A DNA stretch of 64,000 nt, taken from positions 1,984,001 to 2,048,000 of the forward strand of contig OZ024747.1 in assembly GCA_964016885.1 (NCBI GenBank), given 5' to 3'. Position 1 is the stretch's first letter. Every line of letters starts with the position of its first letter. A model generated the notes under the pieces. It ran no database searches, had not been told where the DNA came from, and was given only the letters and a program-made list of their open reading frames with translations. Origin of the DNA: Eledone cirrhosa. Lineage: Eukaryota. A program made the translations under genes and the position numbers. This document shows positions 11,684 to 24,155 of the stretch, piece after piece.

Positions 11684-12535
11684 ATATATATATATAAAGA
11701 AAGAATAATACAAAGCAATCTATCTTAGAGAAGATGGTATGTGGGGTGGAAGGAAAGAGAGAGAGCTATGTGTGTACCCCCCAGGATGTCCACAGTCTAA
11801 TGCACACACACATACACACATGCACACACATACACATGCACACACACACACACACACACACACATGCACACACATACACATGCACACACACACACGCACA
11901 TTGGTTTCTAATGTAGGCATAAGGCAACAATTTTTAGGGGAGAGAAATGTGCATTACTGGTACTTTATTTTGCCCTGGGGCCCCCTGCAGTAGGAAGCCC
12001 CCCCCCCAGCAAGAGCTGTAGCAATTTATTTGTGCCCTCTGGGCATTTTAATTATAGAATGGTTAGAATTTAATACCTTTATGTATAACTTTTCAATTCC
12101 AATTACTTGTGCCAAGCTAACTTTGATATAAGGGTGGGGGTGCTGTATATTCTAATCTTTTGTGTATGAGAGACCCCACAAACATGGAGGGCCACGAGTC
12201 CCTCAAGATCTAACTCCAGCCCTGGACATCGGTAGATTTTGAACACAAAATGTAAAGAGGTAGAACTAATATCACATGACATTTTGTCAGACTCTCCCCT
12301 GCCAACCCACTCCCTCATTAATATCAATGTTATTATTCATTATAACAATTATTCCAGAGATATAGGTCAAACTAGGTGCTGCCTTTAATCTGGGAGAGTC
12401 CCAAACATACTTGTTAAGGAAATATATTAATTTGTTTAGCATTTAGAGCTTAGGAAAATACACATCCATTTTGTTTGAATGTGACGAGCATGTAAAGGAA
12501 AAAGTCATTAGTAATTTCTAATGCACTAACATTAT

Positions 12536-12710
12536 AGTATCGGTAGAGGGTTGGACGCCATGCTTTCCAGCATAGTTACGTCTCTTTACGATCTGAATTC
12601 AAATCCCGCTGAGGTTAACTTTGCCTTTCATCCTTACGAGGTCGATAAAATAAAGTACCAGTAATGTACTAGGTAATTGCTGGCCTTGTGCCAAAAGTAG
12701 AAACAATTAT
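12536..12710 (+). mobile_element. S1 SINE
   Basis: Same family sequence as 10340. Confidence 0.88.
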
Positions 12711-13771
12711 ATATACATTGATGCAGTGTGTGAGTGAAAGAGGGAGAGTTAGAGGTTGGGAGAAGAATTACTTTTTCTTCATCTTACTGTGTGTTTGTAT
12801 ACTCATAGGAATGATGTGTGTGTATGTACATACATATCTCTCCCCTCTCTCTCTCTATATATATATATTTTTATATATATCTGTGTGGGTGTATCATCAT
12901 CATCATCGTTTAACGTCTATCTTCCACGCTAGCATGGGTTTAGATGCCATATATATATATATATATATATATAAGCTATTGTTAAAAATGTTGACTAATC
13001 AGCATTGTGTATGGAACACCCCAATCAGAGAATGATGATGCAATTAGATTTAAGCACTCAACGTCATGAGTATTCTTCAAATATGATTTGTTAGTTAATG
13101 ATGAAGAATATATATGGTAAAGATAATTACAAGGGTTAGGTGTAGATATTCCTTTATTCCTAATCAGCCTTTATACATATTTCTGTGGCACTCATGATTA
13201 GATGATGTAGTGATCATGCAAACACCAAAGCTACTTCCTCAGACAGCATCTTATGTAACACAAGCTATGGAGAAATAATAACAACAACAACGATAACAAA
13301 AACAACATCAATGATGATAACGACAACAACAGTGATAACAACACCAACAACAACAACAGTGTGGTTGTTACTAGTAACTAGTAAAACCAAACTAGTAAAT
13401 TTGTTTTACTTAAAACAAGTCTAATAAAAATTTATCTTTTTCAATATAAAATTCTCAGAGAAATTCAATATTTTTTGTTCCTGCATAATGAACTCAACAT
13501 TTAACTCATGTAAAAGAGCAATGTCCAGAGTTTATCACTTCTGCCAGTATTTCTGATCTCGTCCAGGACTGTTATACAGCAGCACTGACTAGTCAGTGAT
13601 AGGATTGAATGATATTTTTCAGAGCTTGTATTTTGTAAGAGAGACCTAGAGGCAGACTTAGGCAGTTACATTTAGAAAATAATCTGATAAATTACTTCAG
13701 CTTTCATTGGTAGCTTTATTGAGATGAGATATATATATATATGTGTGTGTGTATATATATGTATATGTCCA

Positions 13772-13829
<58 letters not shown>

Positions 13830-14054
13830 TATAAGGAGAGAAAGAGAATTTCTTGGAAAGTAGTTTTTAAATAAATCTCAGTTATAAATAGCTTTTAGGT
13901 CATGTCTATATTGAATGTATATTTTTAGGGTTCTTTTACTTTGTATTTCTCATACAAACATATGGACATACATATCTCAATACAGAAATAAATAAATATA
14001 TATATCATAACCAATTAACATCAATTTTCCATTTTAGCATAGGTTAGACTCCCC

Positions 14055-14111
<57 letters not shown>

Positions 14112-14332
14112 AAAACAAAGTGATGTTTCACATTAAGGTCTTTATTTATTATACATAGTTACAACCACATCACAGATGACTGGCTCAGGATCTATATTAA
14201 TGATATAGACCTGACTCCAACCAGATCTGCTCTTCAGACTTGTTAATCATGCAAAGCCAAAATCTCATCTAACTGTATCCCATACCAGACAATGTATATA
14301 TATATGTGTGTGTGTGTATGTATATATATATT

Positions 14333-17038
14333 ATCATCACCGTTTTACGTCCGTTCTTCCACGCTAGCATGGGTTAGACGGGTTGTCCTGTTGTGGGCAG
14401 TGTCTGGTTGGCTGACCATGCCTTGCTCATACAGGAACTGATCTGGCTTGATTTCTACAGCTGGATGCCCTTCCTAACACCAACCTCATTTAGAGTGAGT
14501 GCTGGGTGCTTTTTCGTGGCGCCTACACGTCCACTTTACAGTGTGGGCTGGGTGCTTTTTTGCCGTGGCACCTCCACGACCACCTTGCGGTAAGGGGGGG
14601 GGGGATGTTGTTTATATGCTTCAGCATGTACCCATGGGAGGTCGGGTACCCTGTATTACTGCGTGCCGCCAGAAGTCACGGTCGTGTGTCATTGACTTTG
14701 AGAGGTGTAGTTGGGTAAGGTCGGCTTTTATCACCTCATCCCAAGTCATCTTGGGTCTCCCCACTCCGCGGTATCCATCAACTTCTAGTGCTCTGCACCT
14801 TTTTATGTAGCTGTCATCCTTCATACGCATCACATGTCCATACCAGCGTAACCGCCTCTCCTGCACACAGCATTTGATTCCTCTTATGCTCAGTCTCTCT
14901 CTCAATTCCTTTATGCTTTGTCGTTCACGTATATTACTGTTACACATCCATCGGAGCATGCAGGCTTCGTTTCTCTCTAATCTACGTAAGTCTTCCACCT
15001 TCAGCGCCCAGGTCTCACTACCATGCAACATCGCTGTTCGGATACACGCATCATACAGTCTGCCTTTCATTCTGAGGGAGAAGCCTTTTGCAGCTAGCAG
15101 TGGTAGTAGTTCCCTAAACTTCTTCCATCCTGTTCTTACCCTAGTTATTGTACTTTCTGAGCACCCACCTCCGTTGCTAATTCGGTCACCTAGGTAGCAG
15201 AAGCTGTCTACTGTTTCTACAGGGCCCTCCCAGAGATTGGTGGTACTTGTTTCCTGTGGCTGTTTGCTTGCTGTTTCAGCACAGCTGCTGCATGTGAATC
15301 CTACATTCTTAATTAAGCTTCCTGAGATCCCGCTACATCTCTTGTGTACCCATTGTTTGCATTTGGGGCAGAGAATGGAGTTCCTACCTACACCTTTCCT
15401 ACATACTGAGCAAGGCCATTTCCCTGAGGGGATCTGGGTTCTGTTTTCTCGTCTACTTATAAGGACCTTAGTCTTTGTCATGTTGACTTTGAGGCCCTTT
15501 CTCTCTAGTCCCTGCTTCCAGGTTTGGAATTTATTCTCTAGTTCTACCATAGATTCAGCTATGAGTGCGAGGTCATCAGCATACAGGAGTTCCCATGGGC
15601 ATCCGGTCTTAAACTCCTCCGTTATTGCCTGCAGGACTATGATGAACAGGAGAGGGCTAAGAACAGAGCCCTGGTGGACCCCAACCTGTACGCTAAATTC
15701 CTCGCTATACTCATTGCTAATCCTAACTTTGCTGACTGCTCCCCTATACATGGCTTGTACCGCTTTCACAAGCCATTCATCTACTCCTAGTTTTCTAAGA
15801 GCCCACCAGATTACTGCACGTGGAACTCTGTCAAAGGCTTTCTCAAGGTCGACAAATGCCAAGTAGAGTGGCTTACTTTTAGCTAGGTACTTTTCCTGTA
15901 ATTGCCTCACAAGGAAGAGGGCATCAGTGGTGCCTTTCCCTGGTACAAATCCAAATTGCATCTCGTCTATATTCACCCGGTCCCTAATCAGCTGTGCTAT
16001 AACTCTTTCTGTTACTTTCATGACCTGGTCCATCAACTTTATACCTCTATAGTTTCCTCTATCTAGTGCATCGCCTTTACCTTTGTAGCAGTTGACAATG
16101 ATGCTACTGCACCAATCTTTTGGTATGGCCCCCTCTAGTATTACCTGGTTAACGATACGTGTGGTTATAGTGTGACCTACAGACCCAGATGCCTTCAGCA
16201 TCTCGGCAGCTATACCCGATGGACCGGTTGCCTTCCCTATCTTCATATCTCTGATTGCCTTACTTACTACGCTGCCGCTGACTTGTACTGCTGGTCCCTC
16301 TATAGGGTCTACGTGGGGTAGGGTCTCTTCTTCCCATGCATTCTCCTCATTTAGTAATCTATCATAATGACTCTTCCATGCATCTTTCTTCTCAGCACTT
16401 GTGAGGGCAAGCTCACCTTTATCATTCCGGATACACTTCTCTCCAATGACATCACAACTATCTCTGACACACTGCCTCGCAATCTTGAATACCTCCTGTT
16501 TCTGGTCCTCACATTGTAAAACATGCTTGAATTTTCTATCCTCTGCTTCCCTCCTAGCTAAGTATACTTGTCGCCTAGCTTCCCTCTTGGTCTCTATGTA
16601 ATGTACCCTGCTCCCCCCGTTCTTCCATTCTTTCCATGCCTGTCTCTTGGCCTTGACTGCTTCATCTACCTTATTGTTCCACCACCAAGTCACTCTCCTC
16701 CTGCTTGAGGTCTTACTCCAGCCACAAACCTCATCCGTCGCCTCTAGTAAGTTATTTTTTAGGAACTTCCAGTTCTCTTCTACGTTAAATGTCTCTATCT
16801 GTTCTTCTTTACTGTCGTAGGCGTTGAGTAAAATATCTTTAAATCTGTTACTGGTTGAGGGGACTTTCAGCTTCCAGATCTTTCTTCTGCAGGTTGGCCT
16901 CTGTTTCAGGACTCGTCTAGTTCTGACCGTGAGGTCGCTGACAACTAAGCTATGTTGGGATGTACATTCCTCACTAGGGAAGGCTTTTGTGTTTACGACC
17001 GTCCATCTGTCACGTCCTCTGATGAGGATAAAATCTAA
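14333..17038 (-). mobile_element. RTE-clade LINE family A, 5'-truncated, with long uninterrupted ORF
   Basis: End of APE domain (LDFILIR...SQH), RT motifs (NYRGIKL, QFGF, FVDLEKAFD, GVHQGSVLSPLLF, YADD), Cys-rich insert, about 290-bp 3' UTR with hairpin and GAT tail. Confidence 0.95.
14621..17038 (-). CDS. RTE endonuclease/reverse transcriptase ORF (N-terminally truncated, about 806 codons)
   Basis: The 690-aa track ORF reads in frame for a further 115 codons up to the truncation at 17038. Confidence 0.85.
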   Translation of the reverse strand, partial: LDFILIRGRDRWTVVNTKAFPSEECTSQHSLVVSDLTVRTRRVLKQRPTCRRKIWKLKVPSTSNRFKDILLNAYDSKEEQIETFNVEENWKFLKNNLLEATDEVCGWSKTSSRRRVTWWWNNKVDEAVKAKRQAWKEWKNGGSRVHYIETKREARRQVYLARREAEDRKFKHVLQCEDQKQEVFKIARQCVRDSCDVIGEKCIRNDKGELALTSAEKKDAWKSHYDRLLNEENAWEEETLPHVDPIEGPAVQVSGSVVSKAIRDMKIGKATGPSGIAAEMLKASGSVGHTITTRIVNQVILEGAIPKDWCSSIIVNCYKGKGDALDRGNYRGIKLMDQVMKVTERVIAQLIRDRVNIDEMQFGFVPGKGTTDALFLVRQLQEKYLAKSKPLYLAFVDLEKAFDRVPRAVIWWALRKLGVDEWLVKAVQAMYRGAVSKVRISNEYSEEFSVQVGVHQGSVLSPLLFIIVLQAITEEFKTGCPWELLYADDLALIAESMVELENKFQTWKQGLERKGLKVNMTKTKVLISRRENRTQIPSGKWPCSVCRKGVGRNSILCPKCKQWVHKRCSGISGSLIKNVGFTCSSCAETASKQPQETSTTNLWEGPVETVDSFCYLGDRISNGGGCSESTITRVRTGWKKFRELLPLLAAKGFSLRMKGRLYDACIRTAMLHGSETWALKVEDLRRLERNEACMLRWMCNSNIRERQSIKELRERLSIRGIKCCVQERRLRWYGHVMRMKDDSYIKRCRALEVDGYRGVGRPKMTWDEVIKADLTQLHLSKSMTHDRDFWRHAVIQGTRPPMGTC

Positions 17039-17147
17039 AATCTATATATATATATATATATATATCATCATCATCATAAAATCTAATATCTATATATATA
17101 TATATCATCATCATCATAAAATCTAATATCTATATATATATATATAT

Positions 17148-17447
17148 CATCATCATCATCATTTTACGTCCGCTTTTCCCTGCTGCAAGGGTGGGACGGG
17201 AACTGATTCTGGCTTGATTTCTACAGCTGGATGCCCTTCCTAACACCAACCTCATTTACAGTGAGTGCTGTGTGCTTTTTTGCCGTGGCACCTCCACGAC
17301 CACTTTGCAGTGGAATGATAGGGACCCCAGTCCCTATCATCTCATTTCTACAGCTGAGTAAACTGGAGCAATGTGAAATAAAGTGTCTTGCTCAAGGAAA
17401 CAACACATCATCCGGTCTGAGAATTGAACTCACAACCATGTGCCTCC
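17148..17447 (-). mobile_element. CORE-type tRNA SINE (family S2) with RTE-B terminus; head partly deleted
   Basis: CORE-like ttccttgagcaagacacttt...cagtttactcagctgtagaaatg, RTE-A UTR segment, then the RTE-B 3' end. Confidence 0.85.
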
Positions 17448-17481
<34 letters not shown>

Positions 17482-17764
17482 TTGTGTAAATACACACACA
17501 TATATACATATATAATAAGGGAAGAAGCTTTTATTTTTTCAACTCCTTTTATTTCCTTTCTCTCTATCTCTCTCTCTCTCTATATATATATATTATACAC
17601 ACACGTGTATATATATTTACATACTTATACATATACACATTTACATATAGAAAATGTAAATAAGATTATGAATAACCATAATGATACATTGCTGGTGACT
17701 CTGTATTAATGAATATGTATATAAAATGATTTTAATAAATATATATTTAGCCTTGCTCTGAATA

Positions 17765-18500
17765 AATGACCATGTGAATGTATCAGCTTAGTTTCCTCAC
17801 TCGATGCTGTCAAAAGTCTTGTATCTGCCCACATGGTCAGCTTTGACACAAAGACAAGATATTTCTATGTTCACAGTAACAACAAATAAAGAGGAATACA
17901 CTGCGACTAATGGCTCAAAAGAATTTTAGAGGAACCTAAAAATAAAACACAACCAGCTTGATATTGGTGTTTGGACCACACATTTAAAATATGTTCACAC
18001 ACGGGGTTAGATTTAGACTTGTTGGGGCCTGGGTCACTTCAGGTTGGGAGGTTCCTCATATAAAAACAATGGAACACACAGCAAGTTAACTTGGTGCAAG
18101 TAGGTGGAATTGAAAAGTTATACCTACAGGTATTAAATTCAAAACTTGTAACCATCCTAAAACTAAAAAGCCCAGCTGAGGGCACAAATAAATTGCCACG
18201 GCTAGGGACCCCCATTGCAGGGGGCTCAGGGCAGTTGCCCCCTTTGTCCCCATTAAATCCAGCCTTGCATACACAATGACCATGTAATTATAGAAATTCT
18301 AGAAAAAGAAGATACCAATCATTGAGGAGTTTACAGATCCAGTACCCAAGATACACAGTCTCGTACCTATTATTGGAGCTACAGGATATATACCACCCCA
18401 CCTGGACCAAAATATGACTGAACTTGGATTTATGGAGAAAGGTTGTAGATCCTGTGATATCTGTTACCTTCAAAATCTCTAAAAAGATTCTTATGATTCA
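17765..18500 (+). pseudogene. Relic of a restriction-like-endonuclease non-LTR element (R4/Dong-like) C-terminus
   Basis: Frameshifted peptides KEF*RNLKIKHNQLDIGVW, LRSLQIQYPRY and VPIIGATGYIPPHLDQNMTELGF. Confidence 0.55.
18000..18267. mobile_element. hAT-like MITE interrupting the RLE relic
   Basis: Imperfect termini GGGGTTAGATTTA / TAAATCCAGCCTTG and GGGGCC-rich subtermini. Confidence 0.45.
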
Positions 18501-19247
18501 AAGAATGAATGACTGTAAAAGGTGCAATGAGAGTTACCTTTTCTTTACAACGTTGCCACTGGGAAGGTGACTAGGAAAACTGTCAAAATTAAGATAAAGA
18601 AACTACTTACATATATAGGTGTGAGTGTGTGTGTTCACACTTGATAAGTAGACACAGGAAGTTTTGCTAAGTCAAAATATAATATGATAGAATTCTTCTA
18701 TAACATATTTCTTTATTTCCTTTGTCTTTGGTACTTCCCTACACTTTCATATTCCAACTTAAAATATGGAAGTTTACAAACAGAGCTATAAGATGTATAA
18801 AAATATAATAATATAATGCTTGATATTTTCTCTATGTAGAACACACGGAAATCAACAAAACTTTCTGAAAACAGGAAAAATATTATGAAAATTTAGAAAT
18901 TTTGAGTTAAGAAGAAAAAGAAAATGAAATATAATAATGTAGAAAGCTCAATTACAAATATAAAGCAGACATTTTGATTGAGTGCCATAAAAGAGAAAAA
19001 TCAATTATGGTAGGGCTTCAGGTACTGACCTAATGTTGCTACCTAGTGATCAATCATCAGGTCATTATGACACCTATTCTTACTATAATACTTGTTTATA
19101 TCACAACACCATGTTGTAGACACCTTTATATATGTGTACATAAATGTGTGTGCATATATATATATGTATATGTGTGTATATATATATATATGTATATATA
19201 TATACGCATACATATACCCACATATATATATACATATATAAATACAC

Positions 19248-19279
<32 letters not shown>

Positions 19280-19559
19280 GCATACATATACCCACATATA
19301 TATATACATATATACATATATAAATACACATATATAAATATATATATACACACATTCATATACATACATATATGTGTGTGTGTGCGTGTATATATATATA
19401 TACACACACACACATATATACATACATATATATTTATATTTGTGTGAAGAGTATCTAATTATTAAGAAGATATATTTCAACGAGGGTATAAATTTATATG
19501 ATCTCAAATTTATGTCCGCTTTTCAATGTTTGCAAGTGTTGAATAGATCTTTCTCACCT

Positions 19560-20160
19560 AACCCTCCCTCTACTCACTGTGTTATGTTTTCCATCTTATC
19601 TGTAGGCTTCAGTGGTCTGTGATCAGCTCTCACTACCCAAGCCCAGGTCTTCCTTAGTCTTCCTCTAATGCAGTTCCTTTCCACTGGGGTTTCTTGCTAC
19701 TTATTCGCCCAATCATTGTCATCCATACATATCACATGTTCAGCCAATGCAACCTTCCCTCTTACCCACTACATCTGATTTCTCTTAGTCCATTCATGCT
19801 TTGTTGTTCATGCATATTACCATTGGACATCCATTGTAGCCTGCACACTTCATTTCTCTCCAGCCTTTGCATATCTTCTACATTCACTACCCATGGTACA
19901 TTGTTTATTTCACTGCGGCTCTACCATCTATCCATGTGCCAAAGTCTACGTTGTCTGTTATTCTGTCAGCTATATTACTACATCTCTTACACAATGAAGA
20001 TTTATATTGTGTACTTTACATATGAAACAAGGCCACAGTTCCCTGATCAGGGTCCTCTTTTATTTCCTACTTACTAAATCTTTGGTTTTGGTCAAGTTCT
20101 CTGTTTCCACAGCTGGAGTGTCTTTTCTAGCTCTTCCATAGATTCTCCTATAATTTTGTA
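19560..20160 (-). mobile_element. Old decayed RTE fragment
   Basis: Minus strand ESMEELEKTLQLWKQ..NLTKTKDLVSRK plus a degraded C-terminal region. Confidence 0.65.
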
Positions 20161-20410
20161 AGTGTAATTTGGTAGGTAAAACTGTGCAGGAGGCCACTGT
20201 GTGTGTGTGTGTGTGTGTGTGTGAATACACATATTTTCTTTGATACAAATGACGAAAATGATTTGTCAATCAGTAAGACTAACTTTGGGAAACTGACCAA
20301 ACCATTCCATGTGGAGTTACTTTCATCTGTCTATACTCTTAGATTATTAGAATCTGTTCAACCCATGCCAGTATGGATACGGAAATAAAATGATGATATA
20401 TGCATATATG

Positions 20411-21027
20411 TGTGTGTGTGAAAGGGTTTCGTGTGTGTGTGTGTAAGGGTTTGGTGTGTGTGAAAGGGTTTTGTGTGTGTGTGTGAAAGGGTTTGGTGTG
20501 TGTGTGTGTGAAAGGGTTTGGTGTGTGTGTGTGAAAGGGTTTGGTGTGTGTGTGTGAAAGGGTTTTGTGTGTGTGTGTGAAAGGGTTTGGTGTGTGTGTG
20601 TGTGAAAGGGTTTGGTGTGTGTGTGTGAAAGGGTTTGGTGTGTGTGTGTGAAAGGGTTTAGTGTGTGTGTGTGTGAAAGGGTTTGGTGTGTGTGTGTGTG
20701 AAAGGGTTTGTGTGTGTGTGTGAAAGTGTTTGGTGTGTGTGTGAAATGGTTTGGTGTGTGTGTGAAAGTGTTTGGTGTGTGTGTGAAATGGTTTGGTGTG
20801 TGTGTGAAAGTGTTTCGTGTGTATGTGTGAAATGGTTTGGTGTGTGTGTAAGAGTTTCGTGTGTGTGTGTGTGTGTGAAATGGTTTGGTGTGTGTGTGAA
20901 AGTGTTTCGTGTGTGTGTGTGAAATGGTTTGGTGTGTGTGTGAAAGGGTTTGGTGCGTTTGTGTGAAAGGGTTTGGTGCGTTTGTGTGAAAGGGTTTGGT
21001 GCGTGTGTGTGAAAGTGTTTGGTGTGT
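20411..21027. repeat. Compound minisatellite (GT)n-GAAAGGGTTTG, variable unit about 20-26 bp
   Basis: Direct inspection. Confidence 0.9.
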
Positions 21028-21233
21028 CAAATAATGTAATTTGCAATATTCAATCCATACTGATAATGATTTACTGTACCCAATGAACTTTGTCATTTGT
21101 CAATAAAACATTTACAAAATATATATCAGCTAATGTATTGAGGTTGATATACTTGACTAAGAGCACTTAAAGTTTCTACCCCAGCATGGCCACATTTCAG
21201 TCTGTCTGTCTCTGTATATATACACACACAGAT

Positions 21234-21264
<31 letters not shown>

Positions 21265-21582
21265 CACGCCCACACACATATAAACATTCTCATATATAAA
21301 CTGATGTAAAATCTTTTAATGCTACGGTCATTCTGTAGAAATGGTAGTTACTGATTTCTCTGTGATGTTTTATGATACAATTCTTTTGTAACTTGTTTTG
21401 TTGTCTGTAGTGATTCCCTTTTAAACACCTCTCCCTCTCCTGCCACTGTCTCTCCCTCCACCCACTCCCTCTCCTTTCTCATCAGCTAATCAGAGACAAC
21501 AGATACACTGGAAAAACTGTGACCTTACTTCATAATCTAATAACACTTCTTCTTAAGATGACAAAACTTGTGCAATGACATA

Positions 21583-21626
<44 letters not shown>

Positions 21627-22366
21627 GTATATATATATGCAGCATGTGTATATATATATATATATATGCATGTGTATATATATATATATATGCATATGTG
21701 TGTGTATATAAATAACAAGTTGCAGTCTGATTAGTAAAAATGCATCTGTATAATATGGTTTTAGATATTGTATCTGACTTGGTGTGTGTGTGTGTGTGAG
21801 GGGGGGGGGGTAAAAGAGGAGAGAAAAAGGAGAATTATCTCAAGTTTTATTCAATTTCAATTTTCTCATTTATTTTATTTTGTTTTTGTTTTTTTAATCA
21901 AGTTGGGTATTTTTAAATCATGTTAGGTATTAGAGGGGCTAAACATGATATGAAATTAATCTAAAATACAATTTGTGAGTGTAAATATAAAAAATATAAG
22001 TGTATATATACATAATGTATAATGTACATTACTGTTTTTATGTGTTTCTATAAATTGGTTGGAATATATATATATGCAATAATCTCTTTTTTTTTTTATT
22101 AAAAAAAAAAGATGATTTGTTTAGAGGAATTTTTCAAGATATGATTAGCAAAATTGATCTTCGAGAAGAAATAATAATTCTAAGGGGAAAAAATATTGAT
22201 ATGAGTAAAAAGAAAAAAAAAGTCAATTTGTTGAAAATAATACGTGGAAACATATTAAACCTCCATAACTTGAAACAAATCAGTTTTTTTTTAAAAAAAA
22301 ATCATACACAAATGACAAAAGATGTGTGAACAATTTATATACATATATATATGCCTATATACATAT

Positions 22367-22544
22367 ATAACAAAGGAATTGTGGTAAGGAACCAGAGGGA
22401 CCATAACGCACCAGAGTACTCAATACTTAGGGTAGTAGAGTGGGAAATAGGAAAAAAGTATGACCCCGACGGCAGAGCTCAAAAGTCTAGAAATAGCCGT
22501 CGAAACGGTTTGAGCTCTGCCGTCGGGGTCATACTTTTTCCTAT
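22367..22544 (-). mobile_element. PLE-like module with fold-back hairpin (arms 22447-22483 and 22509-22544)
   Basis: About 36-bp inverted arms; homologous to 60261-60455 in the opposite orientation; sits in TA-rich microsatellite. Confidence 0.7.
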
Positions 22545-22553
22545 ATACATATA

Positions 22554-22591
<38 letters not shown>

Positions 22592-22691
22592 CACACACAT
22601 ATATATATACATATATATATACACATATATATATACATATATATATAGAGATTACAGTAATCAAAGTTCAGTTTAAGTCATTTATTAATAC

Positions 22692-22738
<47 letters not shown>

Positions 22739-22745
22739 TATATAT

Positions 22746-23883
22746 CATCATCATCATCATCATCATCATTTTACGTCCGCTTTTCCCTGCTTGCAAGGGT
22801 GGGACGGGTCTTATTCAGCACAGCATCTCTCCACTCGTCACGGTCCCTCGTCATCTCCACCGTGAGCTTCAATGATCTGAGGTCTGTTCTCACCACCTCC
22901 GCCCATGTTTTTCGTGGTCTACCTCTACCACGTCTTCCTTCAACTGGCATTTCCTGGCACTTCTTCACCCATCGGTCATCCTCCATGCGCATCACATGTC
23001 CATACCACCTCAGTCTCCTCTCCCGTACACTACATTCTATCCCTCTCAGACACAGTTTCTCTCTCAACACATTTAAGCTGGGTCGTTCACGCACATTTAC
23101 ACTGCACATCCAACGGAGCATGCTTGCCTCATTTCTCTCCAGCCGTCGCATATCTTCTGCGGTAGCTGCCCATGTCTCACTACCATGCAGCATCGCGCTC
23201 CTCACACAGGCATCATACAACCGGCCTTTCGTACGCAGGGAGAAACCCTTCTTCGTCAACAGAGGAAGCAGCTCCCTAAACTTCTTCCAACCCGTCCTTA
23301 TTCTAGATACTATGGCCTCGGAACACCCTCCTCCCATGCTAATCTGATCTCCTAGGTACCGGAAGCTATCCACCACTTCTATAGCGCCCTCTCGCATTTG
23401 AAAAATGTGTCTATCAGTGCGACTTCTACTGTCTAATTTCCCTGTACATCTACTGCATACATATTTCTCCCTACCTGTTAGTTTGCCTGCTATCCCGCTA
23501 CATCTCTTGTGTACCCAGGACCTACATTGTGTGCATTTTATAGAATTTATGCCAGTTCCTTTTCTGCATATCGAACATGGCCATTTCCCTGACGGAATCA
23601 GGGTTTTGTCCTCTTTTCTACTCATCAACACTTTTGTCTTAGCTAGATTTACTCTCAGTCCTCTTGCTTCCAACTGCTGTTTCCATAGCCGGAATTTATT
23701 CTCTAGCTCCTCTACTGATTCTGCCATAAGAGCCAGATCGTCAGCATAGAGAAGTTCCCATGGACAGCCAGTCTTAAACTCCTCTGTTATGGCTTGGAGG
23801 ACTATAATGAACAAGAGCGGGCTGAGGACCGAACCCTGATGTACTCCTACTTGTATCTGGAATTCCTCACTAAACTCCATTCC
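22746..23883 (-). mobile_element. RTE LINE family B, 5'-truncated, open ORF ending at the (GAT)n tail
   Basis: GVHQGSVLSPLLF, YADD, RRLRWYGHVMRM, ...[13 protein letters not shown]; essentially no 3' UTR. Confidence 0.93.
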
Positions 23884-23889
23884 TATGTA

Positions 23890-23922
<33 letters not shown>

Positions 23923-23935
23923 GTATGTATATATA

Positions 23936-24122
23936 TTTCGTTTCTGAATTTGTTTAGCAAGATTCTTTATCTGAAAACGTGTGTTGAAACCGATATTGTT
24001 ATACTTTGGGAGGGTCATGTTGCCAATAAGAAACACACGCACCAGTTGCTTTCACTTCAATTTATTATAATAAATTTATATATGTATATATAAATATATA
24101 AATGTATAAATATATATATGTA

Positions 24123-24155
<33 letters not shown>

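Noticed and set aside
13231-13264. Minus-strand acceptor followed by LCYIRCCLRK* (defensin-like ending)
   Set aside because: Too short, and no phase-compatible upstream exon was identified
14874-16601. Antisense ORFs over RTE copies (also 22799-23749, 24637-26044)
   Set aside because: Shadow frames of the RT ORF with no independent coding signal
20072-20147. Apparent minus-strand exon with AG and GTAAGT boundaries
   Set aside because: The sequence is a decayed RTE RT segment
20411-21027. Telomere-like GGGTTT tract
   Set aside because: No TTAGGG arrays; it is a (GT)n compound repeat
23881-24042. N-terminal extension of the 423-aa ORF suggesting a PLE-RTE fusion protein
   Set aside because: Chance in-frame read-through across a TA microsatellite between two independent insertions
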